Virus record (IMG/VR): IMGVR_UViG_3300025631_000005
Coordinates: 1-64,000 of that record
Strand: one strand, 5' to 3'
From: a virus
Taxonomy: Duplodnaviria > Caudoviricetes
DNA length: 64,000 nt
Under the pieces are notes generated by a model that did not search any database, had not been told where the DNA came from, and was given only the letters and a program-made list of their open reading frames with translations. A program made the position numbers and the translations under genes. This document shows, piece after piece, positions 58,013 through 64,000 of the stretch. Every line of letters starts with the position of its first letter. The stretch's first letter is position 1.

Positions 58013-59142
58013 TGAGCTTCAAGAGTTTGCTGACAGCCAAGTTCTATAATCTGAACGATTATATCAGAACAGACACGTCGCCGAACAGCCCTCTAATGGC
58101 CGCCTGGTTCGAGCCGGAGACGCTGGACGACGTCGTGTACAAGAGCAGGCAGAGCCCATGTTTCGGGATTTGCTACTACTTCACAGTGCTTCCGGCCGAC
58201 GTAAGAATGGAGCTCATTAGGAGCTACCCTACGACGGTACTGTCTGTACGGGCCAGGGATATGACCAGGAGCGAGCTGATGACGGCGGCAAGGCTGTCGC
58301 CTGTTTTCGCTCTTAGTACGGCGCCGTACCGCTTTCGACCGGAGGAGGCCGCCGAGCTGCTGCGATGCATTCTGAGGAGCGGGAAGGCGGTGCTGACCTG
58401 TCGTGCGGAATCTTACCTGTTGGCCATAATGTACGGGCTCGCGTGCGCGAGAAAGAACAAGGAGATGGCGGAGAGCCTTGTCAACAGCAGTCCTGTGTTA
58501 GCTGCAGTGGTTTCTGTTGCGGACCCGGAATGGCGCATCGAGCCTGATCCTTCTGTGCGGGAATTTCGTGCTGAGTTTATCGAGTGCCTCGCCGGCTTAC
58601 GGTCCTCTGCTATCCGTTCCAACAAATACTCCAAACCTGTTGGATATCTTGCGAGCGCCGATCTGCGTAAGGAAAGCCGGTATAACGCCTGGTGGGAAAC
58701 ACCTATTCTGGTGTTCGAGCCGTTCCATATCTGGATCGACTTCCCGTCGGTTGCCGACCCGTCGATGAAATACGATGTCAGCGGGAATATAGGCAACAAC
58801 GGATTCGTCAACACGCTGGATATACTCGACCCGCGCGTAGCGACCGGCTACAAGACGAAGTATAACTGGCGGTACGATCATTTCCCTTCCGAAAAGAGCT
58901 TTGTTTATGCCTCGTTGGCGTCGCTTCCTCCGATGGATTCGAGCCGGCTGCGCGATCTGCTTATGTGGTTACTCGACCCGTCGGACCGATCTGCGAGAAA
59001 AGCGAAGATCAAGGTTAGGCATAATAGGTTCTTCTCCGAAAGCACGAAGTTTTTGAGACTACTGCGGCCGATTATGACCAAAGACGACTACGAGACGGTC
59101 GTTACCGCAATCACGATAGCGAAACTGGAAGGCACGGTGTGA
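58012..59142 (+). CDS. hypothetical protein, family B copy 2
   Basis: AAWFEPETLDDVVYKSRQSPCFG...RYDHFP...DDYETVVTAITI. Confidence 0.75.
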   Translation: MSFKSLLTAKFYNLNDYIRTDTSPNSPLMAAWFEPETLDDVVYKSRQSPCFGICYYFTVLPADVRMELIRSYPTTVLSVRARDMTRSELMTAARLSPVFALSTAPYRFRPEEAAELLRCILRSGKAVLTCRAESYLLAIMYGLACARKNKEMAESLVNSSPVLAAVVSVADPEWRIEPDPSVREFRAEFIECLAGLRSSAIRSNKYSKPVGYLASADLRKESRYNAWWETPILVFEPFHIWIDFPSVADPSMKYDVSGNIGNNGFVNTLDILDPRVATGYKTKYNWRYDHFPSEKSFVYASLASLPPMDSSRLRDLLMWLLDPSDRSARKAKIKVRHNRFFSESTKFLRLLRPIMTKDDYETVVTAITIAKLEGTV

Positions 59143-59145
59143 AAC

Positions 59146-59253
59146 AAACCGGGCGCTGATGTTCCGCGCCTCACCTCGCCAGGTTGTTTCGAGGCGTGCG
59201 CCTCGGCCTGGTCCGGCATCCCCACAAAGAGGGGTGCTCGTCAGCGCCCGTTT
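59146..59253 (+). ncRNA. structured element, family 2 copy 1
   Basis: GGGCGCTGA/TCAGCGCCC closes CCAGG...GAGGC-gtgc-GCCTC...CCTGG and GCATCCC/GGGGTGC hairpins. Confidence 0.5.
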
Positions 59254-59281
59254 GATTATATTATCGCCGAGGAACGATTCG

Positions 59282-59392
59282 ATATCGCATAGCACGGCGG
59301 GCAGAAGCCCGCTAGACCGAGGACCGGGTTCGCTGGCACCGACCGTGCTTCGCGCACTTCGCCGCTCGGGTGCCCGTTCACGTATGCGATAT
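59282..59392 (+). ncRNA. retron-like msr-msd cassette C
   Basis: a1 ATATCGCATA, G59292, CACG, GCGGGC-agaa-GCCCGC, hairpin GGCACC/GGTGCC with inner GTGC/GCAC, G59382, a2 TATGCGATAT (perfect 10 bp). Confidence 0.8.
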
Positions 59393-59503
59393 GCAGTCTG
59401 CAAAGCACAGCATGCAGTCGAGCCTGCTGTGTACGTAGCCTTAGGATTGTCCATCTTTTCGCAAGAGGAAGTCGGACGGCTGGAGATAAGAAAGGACAGA
59501 AGA

Positions 59504-60364
59504 ATGAAAGTAGCGAAGACTACCAGTTATCTTGTGACTTTCGATGACGGCAGGTGCTTTGAATTAGAGCACGAGCCTTGCAAATGCTGCATCACCCGGT
59601 ACGACTGCAACAACGACGTGACCGTTATCGGTTATTTGAGCCATGATCCGTATATGGAAAATCCGTTGGACACCACCGACGTGCTTGGAAAAATCTACGA
59701 CGGCAGATGTAAGAGCTTGGATAGATGTCATTATTTGAGCGCTCTCGGATACAATGCCGACGGCGACAAAATCGGTGATGGCAACCCGTATGCGGTGCTC
59801 CTGAGCGTCTACTCCCATAGTGGGGAGGTGTGGGCCGTCGCCGGTTCGTCTGAAGAGTCAATGTTCCCGGATCCACAATGGGATGTCAGTTTCAGCGCCG
59901 GTGTTTGGGTTCCCACGGAGGAGTTGATGGAAAACATCGAGTATAACGTCTGGGCATCGCTGCTTCCTGAGAGAATAGACGTGCATTGGGCGAACGGCGA
60001 TGTCGAGCTGACAATGCCGGACGGCAAACGTCGTAAGGGGTATAAGTCGTTCGTGTCGGCGGCAAAGGCCGCTGCTCGGCGGCTCGGTATAAAGCCGGAC
60101 CGAAAAATGCTCGAGGCAAAGATACGAAAGGAGTGCGTCGAGGCGGCCGGACACGCAGTCGATGTCCTCAATAAATGGCTCATGGGGGATTGCTGGGGCG
60201 TCTGCGTGGAGGCGTTCAAAGGCGAGGATTCCTTCTACGCCGACGACAGCTGGGGCTTTATTGACCATGCCGACTGCGAAAGGTTGATGAAAAGCAACGT
60301 GGAAAGCCTTCTGAATTTTCTGAAGAAGGACGGCACGATAAACAGCTACAAGAAGGTGCAGTAG
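59504..60364 (+). CDS. hypothetical protein, paralog of 63333-64000
   Basis: ATG 59504 with SD AAGGA (the longer track ORF from 59159 runs through RNA structures); IGYL, LGKIYDGR, GNPYAVLL, GVWVP. Confidence 0.7.
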   Translation: MKVAKTTSYLVTFDDGRCFELEHEPCKCCITRYDCNNDVTVIGYLSHDPYMENPLDTTDVLGKIYDGRCKSLDRCHYLSALGYNADGDKIGDGNPYAVLLSVYSHSGEVWAVAGSSEESMFPDPQWDVSFSAGVWVPTEELMENIEYNVWASLLPERIDVHWANGDVELTMPDGKRRKGYKSFVSAAKAAARRLGIKPDRKMLEAKIRKECVEAAGHAVDVLNKWLMGDCWGVCVEAFKGEDSFYADDSWGFIDHADCERLMKSNVESLLNFLKKDGTINSYKKVQ

Positions 60365-60368
60365 GCGG

Positions 60369-60386
60369 TTTGAATCCGGATTCAAA
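60369..60386. repeat. palindrome copy 9 (18-bp core)
   Basis: TTTGAATCCGGATTCAAA, 4 nt after a stop codon. Confidence 0.95.
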
Positions 60387-60414
60387 AACACAACGGTAAG
60401 ACAGGAGCCGAAGG

Positions 60415-60903
60415 ATGTTTATCATTTCAGCTTCGCTCGAATACAAGAACAGCGAAGACTATGAGAACGCAAAAAGGCAGATTGCCGAGATTGCCGGTTG
60501 GACGATCGGCGGCGTTAAAAACGGCCAAATCGCAGACTATGTCTACGTAGATGATTGCAGTAACCGACTCATTATTGAGTATGGGACATACTGCAAAATA
60601 GGATGGTTATTCGACTCGGAGATCTGCAGTCGGGAAGGCTGGGTGCCGTTGCAGCGCGGCTCCAAAGGATATGCCGTCTGCGCGTGTACGGACTGCAACA
60701 AAGTCGTCGTTATCGTCAACGGCGAGATCAAGGAAGAATTGCCGCTGGATGACTTCTACGATCGCACCTTGCAGCCTCCACAGGACGATGAAACCGACGA
60801 ATTCGCCGTCTGGTTGGAGTTCGCATTGGAGCGACGCATCCAAGATCTGCGGGAGAAACACTACCCTCTGTTGCCGAAAAAAGCAGTAATTGATGCAGAC
60901 TGA
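60415..60903 (+). CDS. hypothetical protein, family D member 1
   Basis: LEYKNSEDYENAKRQI...YVYVDDCSNRLIIEYGTY. Confidence 0.65.
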   Translation: MFIISASLEYKNSEDYENAKRQIAEIAGWTIGGVKNGQIADYVYVDDCSNRLIIEYGTYCKIGWLFDSEICSREGWVPLQRGSKGYAVCACTDCNKVVVIVNGEIKEELPLDDFYDRTLQPPQDDETDEFAVWLEFALERRIQDLREKHYPLLPKKAVIDAD

Positions 60904-61405
60904 TAAAGTAGTAGTTGTTGTCGCAGCCGATCTCATGTATCCTGATCGGTCTGATTACGAGGGCGTCAAAAAGCGGATCATCGACAGTGGCTTTAGCGTG
61001 CGAGATATGGACGCCGCAATAGCGACCAAAAACGCCGGTGAAAAATGCGACGCAACCGGCCTGGCGCGTGATAATTGCGTCTGGGTAAAAGACGCCAACG
61101 CAAGACTCATCGTCCCTTACGGAGAGTACCGGGGCGTCGAACATCTATTCATCCAGTCGGATTCTTCCACACCGATATGGCATAGAGCGTTCGGTTTCGT
61201 TTTCCTCGTGTGCTTCGATGATCAGAAGCAGCGGGGCGATGTCATGTTCATCACCGACGGGGGTATCGTGGAGAAGACGACCATGTACAAACTCGTCCGA
61301 TCCAGTGTCGCACAGCACCCAGAGATTCTGGACGAGTTCAAAAGAGCGATGTTCGAGAAGCATTGTATTTGCCTGCCTGAGAACAGAGGATACCCAGTCG
61401 AGTAG
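60890..61405 (+). CDS. hypothetical protein, family D member 2
   Basis: LMYPDRSDYEGVKKRI...VWVKDANARLIVPYGEY...FLVCFDD. Confidence 0.65.
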   Translation: MMQTDKVVVVVAADLMYPDRSDYEGVKKRIIDSGFSVRDMDAAIATKNAGEKCDATGLARDNCVWVKDANARLIVPYGEYRGVEHLFIQSDSSTPIWHRAFGFVFLVCFDDQKQRGDVMFITDGGIVEKTTMYKLVRSSVAQHPEILDEFKRAMFEKHCICLPENRGYPVE

Positions 61406-61414
61406 GATCACCAT

Positions 61415-61513
61415 ACCAGGCGCCGGCGCGTCTAGGTGTCCAAGTGGTTCTGAGGCGTGCGCTTCGGCTTGGGCCGTCTTCCCACACCAACTGGATGTCT
61501 GCCGGCGCCTGGT
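61415..61513 (+). ncRNA. structured element, family 2 copy 2
   Basis: ACCAGGCGCCGGC/GCCGGCGCCTGGT (13 bp) closes CCAAG...GAGGC-gtgc-GCTTC...CTTGG. Confidence 0.5.
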
Positions 61514-61592
61514 TTGTTTATGTCGAAATGAGGGGTTAGAATGGTCAGGGTATATGTTATCGAAAGTCGTCTGACGTACAAGGTTTAAGGGT

Positions 61593-61624
61593 ACGGGCGG
61601 AGGTCGCCGCCCGTGTTCGTTTTG
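61593..61624 (+). terminator. terminator-like hairpin
   Basis: ACGGGCGG-aggtcg-CCGCCCGT, then GTTCGTTTTG. Confidence 0.6.
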
Positions 61625-61643
61625 TCTTTAAGGAGTCCGTCGA

Positions 61644-61901
61644 ATGAAGAGACAAATGGCCGAACGGCTGAAAGATTATATCCCCATTGTGGCGAAAATG
61701 CATCGTATAAGGGCCGACGTGAAAACGATCGAGAGCGATAAAGGCGACTGCGGCGTAAAGATCGCCGTGCGTGTCGGCAAGCACAGCGCGGCTAAAGAGA
61801 TATTCGATGAGGCAGCGCTTGACGTCGATCAGACGAGTCGGCTGCTGTTTGATCTCGTTGCAACTGCGGCGGCCGCTATCGAGAAGGACGACCAGCTATG
61901 A
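61644..61901 (+). CDS. hypothetical protein, family E member 1
   Basis: SD AAGGAG; CGVKIAV...SAAKEIFDE. Confidence 0.6.
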   Translation: MKRQMAERLKDYIPIVAKMHRIRADVKTIESDKGDCGVKIAVRVGKHSAAKEIFDEAALDVDQTSRLLFDLVATAAAAIEKDDQL

Positions 61902-62344
61902 GAGAAAAGACCGCGGATGACTTGGCCTTTGTCGTCAAACACGGATGTTTTCTGGCGAACGACAAACCTGAAGCGGAGGTAGTAAAGAAGGTCGATGCTC
62001 CAAGTGAGACAGACGCATACGGCATAAGAATCACTGTCCGGGCTGATGGGTGCAGTGCCTCTGAAGAGTTCTATGAGGAGGTCGGCCCTTCTCTCGATGA
62101 GACCATCGAAACCCTGGAAAAATGGGTAAGTAAGGTCTGTGACAAGGCTTATCGTATGGCGCACAAACACCCGGACAACGAAGGCCAGAAAAGCAACGAA
62201 GAGACGTCCGACGCGGAGGACGCCTCCGCCTGTACTGAACGTCATAAGCCGCCGGAAGACCACGGGAAGCGTACTCCAGACCCCGCTGTCTATATCTACG
62301 TGAAAGCGAAGATAAAGTGGAAAAAAGAGTCGCAGAAGAATTAG
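61898..62344 (+). CDS. hypothetical protein, family E member 2
   Basis: EAEVVKK...YGIRITV...SASEEFYEE. Confidence 0.6.
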   Translation: MREKTADDLAFVVKHGCFLANDKPEAEVVKKVDAPSETDAYGIRITVRADGCSASEEFYEEVGPSLDETIETLEKWVSKVCDKAYRMAHKHPDNEGQKSNEETSDAEDASACTERHKPPEDHGKRTPDPAVYIYVKAKIKWKKESQKN

Positions 62345-62736
62345 CCTGTTTCATTCCCTGCGCGGCCAAGTTCTACTATATGAATGCCGAAGCAGAGGTG
62401 ATAAGAAGGAGCGCAAGAGCTGTCAGCAATTCGCGGTGTCAGCTGCTTGCGTTGCTGAAACTGGTCAGGGAGAGATTCGGCGATCCAGACTTGAAATCGG
62501 CTGACCGCAGCAGGTTGCTGAGTATGCTGCCTGAAGTGTACGGCGTAAAAATCACTGTCTACGACACGGAGCACGGCAGCGAGCACAGCGCGTCCACAGA
62601 GGTCTTCGACGATATCGACCTTTCAGATGAATCCAGCCTCGAAAAGGTCGACTGTTGGCTGAGAAGGACGTACTATAAAGCACTTAAAAAAGCAAACCAG
62701 AAAAGCGACCAGAGACCCAGTCGGTCTCAGCCTTAG
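62317..62736 (+). CDS. hypothetical protein, family E member 3
   Basis: EAEVIRR...YGVKITV...SASTEVFDD. Confidence 0.6.
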   Translation: MEKRVAEELACFIPCAAKFYYMNAEAEVIRRSARAVSNSRCQLLALLKLVRERFGDPDLKSADRSRLLSMLPEVYGVKITVYDTEHGSEHSASTEVFDDIDLSDESSLEKVDCWLRRTYYKALKKANQKSDQRPSRSQP

Positions 62737-62747
62737 TTCATCCGGCA

Positions 62748-62767
62748 TTTTGAATCCGGATTCAAAA
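62748..62767. repeat. palindrome copy 10
   Basis: Exact 20-mer, intergenic, upstream of family D member 3. Confidence 0.97.
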
Positions 62768-62793
62768 CCCGACAACAAGGAGACGAACGCAGC

Positions 62794-63297
62794 ATGAGCC
62801 AGATATTCATTCTTGAGGGCTTTTTGAAGTATAAAAAGCAAGAGGACTACGAAAACGCCAAGAAGACGCTGATCGACGGCGGTTGGCCGGTACGGGTCGT
62901 GGATGCCCCTGCAGAGGGGGGTAAAGACGACGGCGACTATATCCTGGTCAATGACACCAATAGGGAGATCCGCATACCCTATTCTGGTTATAGAAACCTC
63001 GGCCGGCTGCTCAGCCCGACCCTTTCCAGTATGATGGGCTGCAAGCCGCTTCAACACGGGTCCGAAGGATTCGTATTCTTTGCCAGTTTTGATGGTTGCA
63101 CAGATGGCGGTATCATCGTGGACGGCGAAATCGTGGAAGAGGTCGATCTGGTCGACTTAGCTACAACCGAAGGAAAGGGTCCGCCGGAGATAAAGGATGA
63201 CAACTACGACGACTACTTTGATTGGGAAAATGAAACACTGGAGTGGTACAAGCAGAGGGTTTATGACCGATATGTGCGTGACGAGTACCTTCGATAG
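62794..63297 (+). CDS. hypothetical protein, family D member 3
   Basis: LKYKKQEDYENAKKTL...YILVNDTNREIRIPYSGY...FFASFDG. Confidence 0.65.
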   Translation: MSQIFILEGFLKYKKQEDYENAKKTLIDGGWPVRVVDAPAEGGKDDGDYILVNDTNREIRIPYSGYRNLGRLLSPTLSSMMGCKPLQHGSEGFVFFASFDGCTDGGIIVDGEIVEEVDLVDLATTEGKGPPEIKDDNYDDYFDWENETLEWYKQRVYDRYVRDEYLR

Positions 63298-63332
63298 CGT
63301 CCCTGCCACAACTCTACTGAAAGGAGAGATTT

Positions 63333-64000
63333 ATGTTGGAACCGAATGAAATCGAGCCCGTAGACCAGGAACCTGAGACAGGCAATGAGATTGAGAAGCG
63401 TCTGACCCGCACCGGCGGGGTGGAAAGGGTCCTATCTCTGTCTCCGATAACGGAGATCAGAGCGTATTGCGGGAACAGCTCGAAGATATCCATTGGCTAC
63501 TTGGCTGAATACTATCTAAAAGACCCGACCGATTGCTTAGATCTCGGACATATCTACGAAGGGCGCGATTCTTCTCCGACGCGGGAGTTGTACCTTGCCG
63601 CCGCCGGGCGGCTGACCGGCCAAGGCCGAGTCGGAGGCAACCCGTACGCCGTGTTCCTGGATTGGGTCCCCAGTATCCCCGGCTGGGAAGTGGCTGGAAC
63701 CCAGGAGCCGGCCCGGCATACCGGCGAAGACGACCACAAACAGATCGGCGTCTGGGTGCCGTCGGAACGGCAGATCCTCCAGATTATGTCGCTGCTGTTC
63801 AACATGACGGGTATTCCGATAATGAAGCGCCTGTCGGACGATAAATACATCGCCGTCAAGGGTAAACGATGGCTCGGAGAGTACTCGACGATCCATGAAG
63901 CCGTCAAAGAGTTCGTCAGGCCTCCTCGCTCCAAGCGCGACGTCGAGCTGCGCACGGCCGCCATACCGCTGCTGGCTATGCGTGTCGCTGAAGGGGTGGT
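63333..64000 (+). CDS. hypothetical protein, 3'-truncated by the window; paralog of 59504-60364
   Basis: Translated by hand (absent from the track): SD AAGGAG, ATG 63333, IGYL...LGHIYEGR...GNPYAVFL...GVWVP; open to the window end. Confidence 0.7.
   Translation, partial: MLEPNEIEPVDQEPETGNEIEKRLTRTGGVERVLSLSPITEIRAYCGNSSKISIGYLAEYYLKDPTDCLDLGHIYEGRDSSPTRELYLAAAGRLTGQGRVGGNPYAVFLDWVPSIPGWEVAGTQEPARHTGEDDHKQIGVWVPSERQILQIMSLLFNMTGIPIMKRLSDDKYIAVKGKRWLGEYSTIHEAVKEFVRPPRSKRDVELRTAAIPLLAMRVAEGV

Noticed and set aside
59146-59253. tRNA suggested by the GGGCGCT/AGCGCCC stem and TTCGA
   Set aside because: No D-arm or 7-nt anticodon loop geometry and no CCA; kept as an unknown structured element.
59401-59480. 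A complete additional cassette after cassette C
   Set aside because: G-CACA-GCATGC-agtcga-GCCTGC fits the 5' scaffold loosely, but no convincing a2 arm exists; reported only as an orphan hairpin.
59159-59503. N-terminal extension of the ORF ending at 60364
   Set aside because: Runs through two RNA structures, is low-complexity Arg/Ala/Pro, and is absent from the paralog; ATG 59504 has an SD.
212-62767. Palindrome copies as a CRISPR array or MITE
   Set aside because: Copies are kilobases apart with genes between them; no cas genes, terminal inverted repeat structure or target-site duplications.

Overview
This 64-kb window looks entirely viral: part of a large tailed-phage-like dsDNA genome, with every convincing gene on the + strand and no host housekeeping genes. 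It encodes replication and repair proteins (SbcCD/Mre11-Rad50 pair, SF2 helicase, DnaB-like helicase, TOPRIM primase, UDG-like/PolA fusion, RecA-like recombinase, LigD-phosphoesterase/ATP-ligase fusion). It also encodes a large terminase, a probable portal, an envelope-protein cluster, and several tandem paralog families. I saw no major capsid gene, tRNA or CRISPR array. The best candidate for an undescribed system is at 49.8-59.4 kb. A single retron-type reverse transcriptase (49871-50839) is accompanied by four retron-like ncRNA cassettes (49788-49864, 53817-53963, 56408-56552, 59282-59392), three of them 3-9 kb downstream with no RT of their own. All four share one scaffold: an a1 arm, an unpaired G, 4 nt starting with C, a GC(A/G)GGC-[AG..]-GCC(T/C)GC hairpin, a variable hairpin, a G, and an a2 arm complementary to a1. 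Their msd-like hairpins are unrelated in sequence, which suggests one RT making several different msDNAs in trans. Two further unexplained patterns stand out: a perfect 20-bp palindrome (TTTTGAATCCGGATTCAAAA) at ten gene junctions, and a second two-copy structured element with compensatory changes (59146-59253, 61415-61513). All protein calls come from motif recognition by eye; no database search or folding program was run.
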